A DNA stretch of 64,000 bases from Octopus vulgaris (taxonomy: Eukaryota), in the NCBI GenBank assembly GCA_951406725.2, contig OX597820.1:21514001-21578000 (forward strand). The letters run 5' to 3'. Shown piece after piece: positions 51,103-64,000 of this stretch (its first letter is position 1; each line of letters starts with the position of its first letter). The notes under the pieces were generated by a model, which did no database searches, had not been told where the DNA came from, and saw only the letters and a list, made by a program, of their open reading frames with translations. Both the position numbers and the translations under genes were made by a program.

Positions 51103-51259
51103 GGGGCAGGCTTAGCTGTGTAGTAAGAAGCTTGCTTCTCAACCACATGGTTCTGGGTTCATTCTCACTGCATGGCACCTTAGCCAAGTGTCTTCTACTA
51201 TAGGCTCAGGCCAACCAAAGCCTTGTGAGTGGATTTAGTAGATGGAAACTGAAAGAAAC

Positions 51260-51332
<73 letters not shown>

Positions 51333-52004
51333 TTTGCCCCTCACCACTGCTTGACAACTGGAGTTGGTGTGTTTACATCCCTGTAACTTAGCGGTTCGGT
51401 AAAATATCCCGCTAGTATTAGGCTTAATAAAAAAGAAATAAAATAAAATAAGTACTGGGGTGGATTAATCCGATTAAAACAAATTGGTCAAGGCTATGCT
51501 CCAGCATGGCTGTAGTCTAATGACTGAAACAAGTAAAAGATAAAGATTATGTGTGTGTGTGTGTGTAAATGTATGTATGTATATATATATATATGTATAT
51601 GTGTGTGTGTGTGTATATTTCTTTTTAAAACTTGTTTCAGTCATTTGACTGCGGCCATGCTGGATCACCGATTTAATCGAGCAACTCGACCCCGGGACTT
51701 ATTCTTTGTAAGTCCAGTACTTATTTTGCCGAACCGCTAAGTGACATAAACACACCAGCATCGGTTGTCAAGCAATGCTAGGGGGACAAACACAAACATA
51801 CATGCACACACATATATACATATATATATATACATATATACGACGGGGTTCTTTCAGTTTCCGTCTACCAAATCCACTCACAAGGCTTTGGTCGGCCCGT
51901 GGCTATAGTAGAAGACACTTGCCCAAGGTGCCACGCAGTGGGACTGAACCCGGAACCTATGTGGTTGGTAAACAAGCTACTTACCACACAGCCACTCTTG
52001 CGCC
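51103..52004. mobile_element. Two tail-to-tail inverted SINE family A copies
   Basis: 51103-51547 (+) and 51630-52004 (-). Confidence 0.88.
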
Positions 52005-52038
52005 TATATATGTAAAGGTAATGTACGGACACCCTGTC

Positions 52039-52118
<80 letters not shown>

Positions 52119-52144
52119 GAGAGAGAGAGAGAGAGAGAGTGAGG

Positions 52145-52349
52145 CAGGGTGTCCGTAAATTACCTTTATAATTCGGGAAAAAAAATCAGAACAAAAAAGG
52201 TAAATAAGAATAACTCGACAGAATTCATTGGAAAAGATAGGCAAAGCTTTATTGGTAACAACAAAATACTTCCATACGGGTTCCATTGGTTACACGCAAT
52301 AAATTACAATAAATTGTGGAAGTTCTAAAGAGAATTTATAGACACCCTA
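52145..52349. mobile_element. Tc1/mariner-type MITE (cagggtgtcc...gacacccta); related fragment at ~49118-49225
   Basis: Terminal inverted repeats and shared internal sequence aataactc.acaga.ttcattggaaaa. Confidence 0.7.
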
Positions 52350-52381
52350 CATATATATATATATATGCACTATATAGGATG

Positions 52382-52419
<38 letters not shown>

Positions 52420-52467
52420 CATCCTTTCTAGTTACTACGTATCTGCTGGTGTCTGTACGCCAGTGAG

Positions 52468-52548
<81 letters not shown>

Positions 52549-52877
52549 GACATCATGTCTTTATTCAGGTACTTATACACATTTTTAGAATTCAAGGTAT
52601 TTCCTTTTTACCCTTGTTCTATTTCTACATCAAATCATTTTGCCATTTCTCTACATAGCACTGACATACATTTCTATTTTAAACGATTTTTTTCTCCTCT
52701 TTTTTTTTTTTTTTTTTCTTCTGTGTGTGGTAAATATTTGGTTGGCTTGAAATAGCAAAGTGATTCTAAGTACTTGCTTGGTAGTATACTAATAACTACA
52801 GATCATCCACTAAGGGAAAGAGAAAAGAAAAGCAGGTAGTTGCTTTATGCATCATTTACATAAACATTATTATTATA

Positions 52878-53262
52878 GGCGCAGGAGTGGCTGTGTCGTA
52901 AGTAGCTTGCTTACCAACCACATGGTTCCGGGTTTAGTCCCACTGCGTGGAACCTTGGGCAAGTGTCTTCTACTATAGCCTCGGGCTGACCAAAGCCTTG
53001 TGAGTGGATTTGGTAGACGGAAACTGAAAGAAGCCTGTTGTATATATGTATACGTATATATATATATATATTTATGTGTCTGTGTTTGTCCCCCCAATAC
53101 GCTGGTGTGTTTACGTCCCCGTAACTTAGCGGTTCGGCAAAAGAGGCCGATAGAATAAGTACTAGGCTCACAAAGAATAAGTCCTGGGGTTGATTTGCTC
53201 GACTAAAGGCGGTGCTCCAGCAGGACCGCAGTCAAATGACTGAAACAAGTAAAAGAGTAAAA
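52878..53262 (+). mobile_element. SINE family A
   Basis: Similar to 2424-2830. Confidence 0.9.
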
Positions 53263-53285
53263 GTGTATTATTATTATTATTATTA

Positions 53286-53570
53286 TTATTACCTCAGCCT
53301 TAGCGAAGGCGGAGGGTATTGTTTTCAGTCGTGTTTGCTTGTTTGTCTGTGGACAAGATATCTCAAGAACCGCTGGATGGATTCGGATGAAACTTTAAGG
53401 GATGTTTGGCCTCGTGACTGGCACGGACTGATTGAATTTTGGGGTCGATCCAGTACCGGACAAGGATTCTGGATTATTTTTCGAAGCGGTCGAGTTCATT
53501 TTTAGTATTCTCGTTTGTGAGAGCAGTCAAGATTATTTCAGATATTCTCATTTTAAAAACCATCTCTGGC
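53286..53570 (+). mobile_element. Helentron-associated (HINE/DINE-1-like) element fragment
   Basis: ttattacctcagcc...ggcggagggtattgttttc short hairpin, gtttgtctgt repeats, then ggatggattcggatgaaactt. Confidence 0.65.
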
Positions 53571-54309
53571 TAAACGTAAAGACAGACGAAATACCTATTT
53601 CTTTATTACCCAGAAGGGGCTAAACATAGAGGCGACAAACAAGGACAGACAAACGGATTAAGACGATTACATCGACTCCAGTGCGTAACTGGTACTTAAT
53701 TTATCGACCCCCGAAAGGATGAAAGGCAAAGTCGACCTCGGCGGAATTTGAACTCAGAACGTAACGGCATACGAAATACGGCTACGCATTTCGCCCGGCG
53801 TGCTAACGGTTCTGCCAGCCCGCCGCCTTCCATCCCTTTTGTTATTACCTCCTCATATGCAGTATATGTCACGTCAACCTAAGTACATAATCGAAGCTGA
53901 CAGAGGAGTAGGAACTAGCAATATTCTGGGTAAGATGGCCCTGTCTATTATACGACCAACATTTTGTGAACCTAGTGCCAATATATGAAATCCTTATTTC
54001 ATATCGATTTTATGATAGAATTTGGGGATTTGGATTTAATGTTCAATTGAAAGTATTGACCCTCTCCTACTTATATTGTTACTCAACTAACTTCCGTTCT
54101 CAACCAATGAGGTATATACGGCAGATAAAAGAAGAAATAGCAGTCATTGCAAAGAACGTAAACCATAAACTCAAAGAATTGGTATTTGGTGACGCAAAAG
54201 TGCTAACAAAAACAACAACAACAATATGAATAGTAGCAGTAGTAGTAGTAGTAGTAATTGTAATAGTAATGATGACTTTTATTTGCTACCAAGATGACCA
54301 TATAATTTT

Positions 54310-54966
54310 TTCTGTCATAGGCAAAAGGCCTGAAACTTTTGGGGAGGGTCCTAGTCGATTACATCGATCCCAGTGCTCAACTGGTAGGTAATTTATCGAC
54401 CTCTGAAAGGATGAAAGGCAAAGTCCACCTCGACGGAATTTGAACTCTGAACGTCAAGGCGAACGAAATGCCGCTAAGCGTTTTGCCCGGCGTGTTAAAG
54501 GTTCTTTTCTACTCTAGGCACAAGGCCCGAAATTTTGGGGGTAGGAAGCCAATCGATTATATCGACCCCAGTACACAACTGGTACTTAATTTATCGACAC
54601 CAAAAGGACGAAAGGCAAAGTCGACCTCGGAGGAATTTAAACTCAGAACGTCAAGGCGAACGAAATGCCGCTAAACGTTTCGCCCGGCGTGCTAACGATC
54701 CTGCCAGGTCACCGCCTTATGATGATCATATAATAATAGTAAATAACAATGGTTTCAAATTTTGGCGCAAGTCCAGCAAGTTCAGGGAAGAGGTCAGTCG
54801 ATTACATCTACCCCAGTGTTCAGCATGTATTTATTTATTTTATCGTTCCCCGAAATAATGAAAGGCAAAGTCGAACCCGGCGGCGTTTGAACTCAGAACG
54901 CAAAGATAGACGAAATGCCGCTTAGTATTTTATCCGGCGTGCTAATGTTCCTCTAGCTCGCCACCT
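54310..54966 (-). mobile_element. Three tandem SINE family E copies
   Basis: Same motifs as 46875-47290. Confidence 0.87.
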
Positions 54967-55249
54967 TGTCTGTCAAAAATATCGAAATACGCTAAAACTG
55001 CAAAACAACTCAAGAAATGATAAAAATAAAATAAAGCTAATTTCTCAAGTAGAATTTTACAAGCAGATTAATGTCAGGGAGCAAAGTTTGAATCCACAGT
55101 TTCGGTTAGGCTCATAAAATACGTGTATATACAAATAACCACTTCTAAATTAAATTTGAAGTAGTCGGAAATATGGAAGCAAAACCAAACCCAAAATTTC
55201 AGGAAAATAGCATGTATGTAGACCAGTAAGAGTCTCTAAATAGCAAGGA

Positions 55250-55500
55250 GTAGTAAACTCCGTGGATTTAGAGATACACAGGTTGATATAGTTGAAGGTC
55301 AGTATTACATGGTCACCAAAGAACAAATAAATGTTTACACAACAATTGATATATGAAACCCTACTGATAGAAATGTTAATATCAATGAAACAAAATGAAT
55401 TATTATATTTGATACACAAAAATGTAAGGCACGAACAAAAATGTAACCACATTGATCTTAAATATTACATAACAGAGTTGTTGAAAATAGGAACATCCAA
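55250..55500 (+). mobile_element. Highly decayed Ty1/Copia RNase H remnant
   Basis: SITWSPKNK (cf. ISWxSKKQ) and HEQKCNHIDLKYYITEL (cf. HxRTKHIDIRYHFIRE) in the expected order. Confidence 0.55.
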
Positions 55501-55644
55501 CACAATAGAAGATCTAGGACGTAAAATACCATAATCTCTATAGTAGATTGTTTTGCTGGTAAGTTTGCACATCTCGATAAAAATTTTGTCCATACTCAGA
55601 TAGTTTAAGACTGTTTCAAACGTTTACCCTTCTTTCTCAGCTAC

Positions 55645-55680
55645 ATCTTAGATGAAGGATTTTGTTCCGAAACGTCAGAT
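55645..55680 (+). ncRNA. Degenerate minimal hammerhead-like motif
   Basis: ATCT TAGATGA AGGA-ttttgt-TCC GAAAC GTC AGAT: stems I/II and GUC site intact, CUGAUGA core mutated to UAGAUGA. Confidence 0.5.
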
Positions 55681-55944
55681 TCGTTTTCTCAGCCGCAGTA
55701 TATGAACTTACCAAAACCTAAAGATTTCAGGGCATAATTTTTGATGACACAGACTATCATCAACTTCCCTATACTTTGTTCGTACTTATGTATGCATGTT
55801 TGCTAATGAATATGAATGTGTACATGTGTATGTGAGTTGTACGATTGTACGATATCATACATACATACATATATATCTATTATATAAAATCCGTTCTGTG
55901 TGTGTGTCTTCTAGGATTTCATACATATAAATGTACAAGTGTTA

Positions 55945-56001
<57 letters not shown>

Positions 56002-57004
56002 TACAGCTGTTTCATCTTTTATTTTACAAAAGTGATGAAATGAAGAGGATTATGTTCTTATTGCGTACATAATCTCGTATCTCTACAAAAATACATCCTT
56101 GTTGCAAAACTTGTAAAGTTGTAAAGCAATGTTAATTTAAATAAATGTACACCCTGTTCTGCCATACATAGCAAATATATGTGTGAATGTGTGTGTAAAT
56201 TCCGGTTTTAAAACTGAGCGGCAAAATTTTCAATAACATATTTGTTCATTTAGATAATAGCACTTACAAGACTAGTCGAGTTTCATACTCCTTAGAATTC
56301 ATCTACGTACGTCATTGGGCGTTTATGGGCATGTATGTATGTATGAATGTATGTATATACGTGTGTATTTATGTATGAATGTGTATAAGTGTGTATGTAT
56401 GCATGTGTGTAAGTTTTATCAGGCATTTCGTGTGGAAACTGTCACCATTTTAGTAAGTCTCAACAATAACTAAAAGTGAAAAATTGTATTTGTTACGCCG
56501 ATGAAGTAGACGCGTCGTGCAAAAGATAATAATAACAATAGGAGACTGTGAATGTTAAATTTAACATGAATGTTAACGATATCACGTAAATATAAGATGA
56601 GAGCAAATGGGATGATAAGAGTTAACATTGCTTTAGAGACTTGTACCTCAAAAAATACGTAAAAAAACATTATTCAGATAACATAGAAAACTAAAATACT
56701 GAATAGATAAACGGTTTCAGCGAATGTGCATGAAAACATTCTAGTCATGTTTAGCAAAGCATAATATTTATTTCTTTTTAACTTTGCACATAAGTGCAGA
56801 CATAGCTGTGTGATTGAAACGCTCGCTTTGCAGCCTCGGGATTTTGGGTTCACAGAGCGACGTCTTGGGCAAAAGTCTTTTACTAAAGCCTCCGGCCTAT
56901 CCAGTGTCTTGAGAGTAAATTTAGTAAATGGAAACTGAAAGAAGTTCATTTAGGAAAGAAACGTGTATATATGCGTTCCTTTCCAAAACGTTCGCACCAT
57001 TGTA

Positions 57005-57579
57005 TTAGGTTGTCCGGAAAGTTCGTGCCGATTTATAGTAGCTTAACTTTCGACTTATTTTAGAGCATGGCTGAGTCCATAAAATAGGATTTGACTACAC
57101 CTCCATTTAGAGCACAGTTTAAGCTATCTTTTCGTGGAAGAAGGTTTATGTTCCTATAACCTGTGTTAATTCTGTAACCCTTTAAAATGGAAGATAAGAA
57201 AGTTCATTTTCGGCACTTGATGATTTTCTTTTTCCATAAAGGGAAAAAATGCCTCACAAGCAACCAAGGAAATATGCGCAGTTTACGGTGATGTTTCTTT
57301 ATCCGAAAGAACTATACGGAAGTGGTTCTCAAGGTTCCGAGCTGGATATTGTAGCCTTATTGATAAAGAGCGATCGGACAGACCATCCACTACAGATGAT
57401 GACCAAATCAAGTCTTTAATTGAGAATAACCCACATTGCACAGCCCGAGAATTGGCAGAAAGCCTCAACCTATCAAAACCCGTCGTTCATAAGCACCTGG
57501 TAAAGCTTGGGTAATGGCAAGTATTTATTGACCTTTTTCTTTCCTTTAAAAATCGGCATGAACTTTCCGGACAACCCAA
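57005..57579 (+). mobile_element. Internally deleted mariner transposon retaining only the HTH DNA-binding coding region
   Basis: ~30-bp TIRs ttaggttgtccggaaagttcgtgccgattt / aaatcggcatgaactttccggacaacccaa with TA flanks; 57187-57514 encodes MEDKKVHFRHLM...ICAVYGD...RKWFSRFRAG...ERSDRP...ARELAESLNLS...HLVKLG* with one frameshift. Confidence 0.92.
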
Positions 57580-58201
57580 TATTTCCAAAATTTCTACATG
57601 GTTAACTTTTAAGAAAGTTTTTCCTTTAACTATTCTGACTCTATCAAGTATTTTTTGAACAAGCCTTATATATGCATGTGTGTGTGTATGTGTTTGAGCA
57701 TGTATGTGTGTCTTTGTGTCTATGTTTGTCCTCCACCAACGCTTGGTAAACGGCATTGGTTTCTTTACGTCCCTGTAATCTAGCTGTTCGGCGGAAGATG
57801 CCGATAGAATAAATACCGGAATTTTTTAAAGAAAAAAAACGTGAATTAAGTACTAGTCCAATTTGTTCGGCTACAAGACCCTTTGTGGTGATTCTATGAC
57901 CGAAACAAACAAAACTAAAGATGAAAAAATAAGGTAAAAAATTAGCAAGAAGGGAATATAATTGATTGAATGGACTCAGCAGATACCCGGTGCTTATCTC
58001 ACAGACGTCAGATACTGAAAAATACAGAGCTAAATGCTGTTATTCATTTAGTAGGGTTCTCCACAGAAGGCCACTAATGACTATATAAGATTCAATCTGA
58101 ATTCTGTAAGTATCACAGTTGTTCATTGAAAAAATTAGAACACTGTATAAATGGATGCAGTTGAGTGTCAAACTTGTTTTATATATATTACATAAATGAA
58201 T

Positions 58202-58535
58202 GAAGGCACATGGCTCAGTGGTTAGAGCACTGGGCTCACAACCATGAGGTAGTGAATTCGATTTTCAGACCGGGCTGAATGTTGTATTCTTGAGCAAGAC
58301 ACTTTATTTCACGTTGCTCCAGTTCACTCAGTTGTAGACATGAGTTGTGACGTCACTGGTGCCAAGGTATATCGCCTTTTGTCTCTCCCTTGAATAACAT
58401 GAGTAGCGTAGAGAGAGAAGGCTGGCATGAATGTGTGACTACTGGTCATCTATAAACAAATTTGTCCAGACTTGTGCCTTAGATGGGGACTTTCTAGGTG
58501 CAATCCCATGGTCATTCATAACCGAAAGGGGTCTT
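58202..58535 (+). mobile_element. SINE family C
   Basis: catggctcagtggttagagc head through aggtgcaatcccatggtc. Confidence 0.88.
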
Positions 58536-59905
58536 TACTCTTTTTACACACATAGGTGTCCTATTTCTTTGATCCCTTAAAGTTTCTAACGTTTAAGGAA
58601 CTCAAAACCAATTTTTCGTTGTAGCAAATATATCAGAATGCAGTGAACACGAGAAAGTGAAAGTAGAATATAAAATATAAAATTTTTTTTTTCAAATTAC
58701 GTATTCAGTAATGTTCTGTAATGTACTCTGTAAGCTTGTTGTATATACTTTCAACTGTCAAAATAATTATTGTGGGACTTAGATTAAGCTACTCTCGACA
58801 AACAAGGCACGGGTTAAAATTGCAAGTGATTCACTGGCCTTCTAAGCGTCTCTAAGTTTCAAACATCAATAAGAATAGTTATAATAAACTATAATGTTTT
58901 ATATTACGAAATACACCAACATTTAGCTGAGGGGCATAATAATAATAATAATAATAACAGCAACAAAACCAGCAACAACAAAGTTTGGCACCAGGCCAGT
59001 AATTTCGGAGAAGGGGATAAATCGATTACATCGACACCATTGTTCAACTGGTACTCATTTTGTCGACCCCCGAAAAATTGAAAGGCAAAGTCGACTCAGG
59101 CGGAATTTGAACTCAGAACGCAAAGTTGGAAGAAAGGTCGCTAAACGATAGTGGCTTCAAAGTTTGGAACAAGACCAGATATTTTAAGGGAACGATAAGT
59201 CGGTTACATTGTCCCCCTACCCCGATGCTCAACTGGTACTTTATATTAGTGACCCAGAAAGGATGAAAGGCAAAGTAAATAATTCTTAAATTTGGCACAA
59301 GGCCAGTAATTTTGATGAGGAAGGCAAGTCAATTGCATCGACCCCAGTGTTCTATTGGTACTTATTTCATCGATCGTGAAAGGATGAAAGGCAAATCGAC
59401 TTAGCTGACACTCGAACACAGAACGTAAATTGCCTGAGGAAATGCGGCGGGGTAATGATTCTGCTATCAGAAGCATTACTAGAGAACTAAAATCTTAATC
59501 TTGGTCGGATGCACAAAGCAAACGATTGTTTGTTCCCGGAAACATTATGTTCAAAGTAATGATATTGGATTTTAGGGGTCCCTGAATTGAGAACGAAAAT
59601 TATAGTACATTATAAAGATGTCAGACAAAGTCATGAAAACCGATCGTCGAAAATGACTGTTTCGATAGTGTTGGAATACCTGTTCAAATGGATAAGCATA
59701 TTAGAGCTTAGACTACTTCTCGTTGATATGTCAATCTCTTGTTTGAAGAAAATTTGAGAAAGTTTAATGGTTTATTGATAAAGATCAAATCGAAAGTGTC
59801 AGTTAAAAGCTTGTATCAGGGTTATCGTGACCTCACGGCGCATCGACACTCTTTACCCGTTCCTTGATACAAAAAAAAAAAAATTAAAATTAAACATTAA
59901 ACATG

Positions 59906-61777
59906 CTTCTCATCTCTTAGGCCTATGAACTCTGATCTAACATGGATACCACATTTCACGTCTTATCATCAAACAAGCCACATAGGCCGTTCCTCTCCGA
60001 AATACAGATCTATCAACTATAGTCGATAGATTTGGGCTTTGGATAGGAACAGATATTATTCGTAGTCCTTTTTTTTTTGCTGTCTAAATTTACATTGTTT
60101 TTATCTTTCACACAAAGAAAGTTGATGTGTCTGTCACCTGTTCCCTACTTTTCACCACTCTCAGCAAGAAATCGGTAACAAAGACCTTCTCCACACTTCT
60201 AAATACATGTTTATTCTCTTACAATCCATCGAACTCGTCAACCACCAAAACGGTTGGTCGGCCATACTTCTTCGCGCGTTGATGACCCGTCTTATTTCAT
60301 CCCTCTTTTAGATTATTGTCTAGGGCTATTTCAACGTTCACAGATCTTCTTTGATCCCTTATTTGACCGGTTTCCCGTCCAGGGAGGGATATACACTTGG
60401 AGCTTCACCAAGTGCATATTTCCTTCACTTTGGCCCATTGGGTTCATTAAGCAACCAAGCAATGACTTAATGGTTGGGGTGTTGGACACAGGATCATAAG
60501 ATTGTGGTTTCGATTCTTAGACAAGACGGTGCGTTGTGTTCTTGAGCAAAACACTTCATTTCACGTTTCTCCGGTCACTTAGCTGGCAAAAACGAATAAT
60601 CCTGCGACGGACCGGTTTCCAGTCCAGGGAGGGATATACACGCCAGAGAAACCGAAAACCTACGCTATGCTCTTTGCGGATTAATATGGACTAACCAATA
60701 TAACAAGAGACAACCTTCACCTTAGGCGTGTTACTCCACATACAAAGTACGACCCAAATTTACAATCCTAGGTTTCTCAATCCATCCCATACTCATGATC
60801 AGTGTATCAGTCGAATGTTTCGCAATCCTGAACTTTGTAATCAACTGATTTCACACCCAACTCACAAGCATGACCAACACCCAAATGTTCTAATTATACT
60901 TTAATCTTTTTATCATCTTCAAACTTAACTTCTACCAAACCATCACCGTTTCTGTACCGATCAGGTCATCCACAACCTTATCATGACACAACATAACACA
61001 TTCTACGCAACGCACCCTATCTCTTGAACTTAATGACACTTTAATACAGTTTGTTGCTTGAAGCTTCACCAAGTGCAAATTTGCTTCGCCCTGGCCCATT
61101 GGGTTCATTAAGCAGCCTGGCAATGACTTAATGGTTGGGGTGTTGTACACAGGTTCATAAGATTGTGGTTTCGACTCTTGGATCAGGCTGTGCGTTGTGT
61201 TTTTGAGCAAAACACTTCATTTCACGTTTCCCCGGTGCAATCAGCTGGCAAAAAGGAGTAATCCCTTATTTGACCGGTTTCCCGTCCAGGGAGGGATATA
61301 CACGTCAGAGAAACCGAAAACCGACGCTATGCTCTTTGCGGATTAACCAACATAACAAGAGACAACCCTTCACCTTAGATGTGTTACTACACATACAAAG
61401 CACAACCAAAATTTACAACTCTAAGTTTCCCAAGTGCTTCAATCATAACTCTACCCGCAACATTTAAATCAAAGAGGACAGCCTACAACACCTGGAGAAA
61501 ATCTCACACGTCTACAAACTTTTACTCAGCTTCGCAAATTTTGTGAGATCGTCACTGAAACTGCAAAAAAACGTCCCTGTGCATTAATACAGCCCGCAAA
61601 CGCCCCTGCTCCACATACTGTAGCTGATCATTTAGTTTTATTGCCAACATGTTTCTGTCGACTTTCAGAACTCGCCTTTTCTCTACTTCGTAACGACCTA
61701 TGTGGCTTGTTTGATGATAAGACGTGAAATGTGGTATCCATGTTTGATCAGAGTTCATAGGTCTAAGAGATGAGAAG
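59906..61777. repeat. 86-bp inverted repeats (59906-59991 / 61692-61777) enclosing a ~370-bp direct duplication (~60400-60776 / ~61062-61428)
   Basis: Both repeat pairs read directly from the sequence; the duplicated unit includes a family B SINE. Confidence 0.85.
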
Positions 61778-62923
61778 GGAGCGTTGACCAGTGTGTTTAA
61801 CGTTTAAAAAGAAAAGAAACGCCACTTGACCAATTGTCTGAAGCCACACACTGATACACTCCAATCTCTAGCTAATTAAGGTACTGTCTCTTCATTCTGC
61901 TTGATGACTACAGAGGTCTCTTCTCGCAGCTGACTACTCTCTTTCCATTTCCATTAAAGATATACGATCTATGAGAGGAGTGGGCAACAGCAAGTCGTAT
62001 TTTATGAGAATAATCATCAACATAACTAATTTGATGGAGATCACCAACATATTTTATTTACTTACACTATCTTCAACAAAGGAACATCCCAGTATTTTAT
62101 GAACATAACCATCAACATGATGGCGATCACCTACATATCTGATTTTCCTTAAACTATCTTTAACAAAGGAACATCCAAACTGAACATCATAATCATTATA
62201 TTAAAACATAAACGAACAGGCAATTCTATTAAAAAGAATATGTTTAAAAATCAAATATAATTAAAACATTTGGAGAAGATGGTAAACTGAAAAAGAAAAA
62301 AACTTCTGTTCTGTTAAAAACTATCACACAATGTCTGTAATTATTATCGTATTTATATTGATCCATAAATGATGATATTTAAAAATCCGTTTGTAGTTGA
62401 AAATGTGCCAATGGAAGACTCAAGTGTGGTGAAACTTCAAGGATGTAATCCTAACAAATGAGACGATCCAAATGTGACATGGGTTACTTCAAGGAGATTC
62501 TATTGCACATTTATTATGAATATTTATTTTCTCATTCAAACATGCCTGAATTATACGGTAATATGGATAATGAGATTAGTATTGTTCTTTATATACATGT
62601 ATAAAACTGAGAGTTTGAAGGAGTTTTCCGTTCAAAATCGTACCAGAGCCTGCAAGTCAATTGTGTCAGAAAACATTTATATTGATATAAATCAGGCAAT
62701 TAAATCATTAAGGAAGTGAAAATTAATCTATGAGGATCGATGTACAAGCGGACTAAATATCCTTTCAAGTATAGGCACAAGGCCAGCAATTTAGGGGTGG
62801 GGGAGTAAGTCGATTACATCGCCCCCAGTGCTCAGCTGATACTTATTTCTTCGGCCACGAAAGGGAGAAAGGCAAAGTCGACCTCGGTGGAATTTGAACT
62901 CAGAGAGACCAACAAGAGAGGAC

Positions 62924-63190
62924 TCTCTTTTACTCTTTTACTTGTTTCAGTCATTTGACTGTGGCCATGCTGGAGCACCGCTTCTAGTCGAGCAAATCCA
63001 CCCAGGACTTATTCTTTGTAAGCCTAGTACTTATTCTATCGGTCTCTTTTGCCGAATCGCTAAGTAACGGGGACGTAAACACACCAGCATCGGTTGTCAA
63101 GCGATGTTGGGGGAGAGACAGACACACAAATATATACACACACACACATACACATACATACATCACACACATATATACACACACACACAA

Positions 63191-63249
<59 letters not shown>

Positions 63250-63414
63250 TATGACGGGCTTCTTTCAGTTTCAGTCTACCAAATCCACTCACAAGGCTTT
63301 GGTCGGCCCGAGACCATAGTAGAAGACACTTGCCCAAGGTGCCACGCAGTGGGACTGAACCCGGAACCATGTGGTTGGTAAGCAAGCTACTTACCACACA
63401 GTCACTCCTACGCC
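62924..63414 (-). mobile_element. SINE family A
   Basis: Full-length reverse complement of the family A consensus. Confidence 0.9.
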
Positions 63415-64000
63415 TATATACGCCTATATGACTAAATATAAAGAAAGGATTATGAGCCGTAAAATTGATTTGAACAGAATATATCCGACGAATAAGGATA
63501 ATCATGAACGAGCTTAGCCGACACTTAAATGTAAAGAAAAATTAATAAAAATTCTAACAGTTCTTAACTAATTCAGCACGATAAACAGAAATATACAGAT
63601 AATAGACAAGCAAACGATACTAAAATGTCTAGACGAGTATTTGATTTAACTATTGGCACTGATGATGACAAAAGCAAGTTTGTAGGTTGGTTAATGAAGT
63701 TTACACCAAACATTGGAACGTTTCAGGGAAAGGCATAAAGATGGTCCGAGCAATGCCACCAATTACACACACATACACGAAAGTGTGTAATCGACACTGC
63801 AATGGTGAATGAAGAAACGAAGAACCTTTTTCTAATAGAATGATTAGTTCAAATGCGGTAATAATGGTTTCATGGTGAATCTTAGCAATTATTCAACCAT
63901 AGATTGAATATCACTGAGTGCCCATGTATTTTCCTAAATACATACATGCATACATACATACATACATACATATATATATGTATATATATACATACATATA

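Noticed and set aside
55712-55768. Candidate upstream exon ending in phase 1 (…KNYALKSLGF|GTAAGT)
   Set aside because: No polypyrimidine tract, no Ig-like content; a strong donor alone is expected by chance

Overview
AT-rich eukaryotic genomic DNA. The SINE families, (TA)n/(CA)n density and gene content point to an octopus/coleoid cephalopod (inference). The window is mostly intronic sequence of one minus-strand gene. I assembled 16 GT-AG exons (45597 down to 1140) whose splice phases join without a break into about 842 codons (2526 nt). The product has six I-set Ig domains, a Lys/Glu-rich segment and a Pro/Glu/Lys-rich linker, i.e. the N-terminal part of a twitchin/projectin (UNC-22-like) giant muscle protein. 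The gene continues beyond position 1 and its first exon was not identified. Three of the exons are 10-16 nt microexons; two are required to keep the frame. Introns hold several tRNA-derived SINE families, RTE and CR1/L2-type LINE fragments, Tc1/mariner, piggyBac-like and Helitron/Helentron-like non-autonomous elements, a Copia remnant, minisatellites derived from SINEs, and many fold-back elements. Several elements carry minimal hammerhead-ribozyme cores of the Penelope-like type, and one also has a tRNA-like Pol III head. Most listed ORFs are microsatellite or SINE noise. Repeat boundaries are approximate and no database searches were run.
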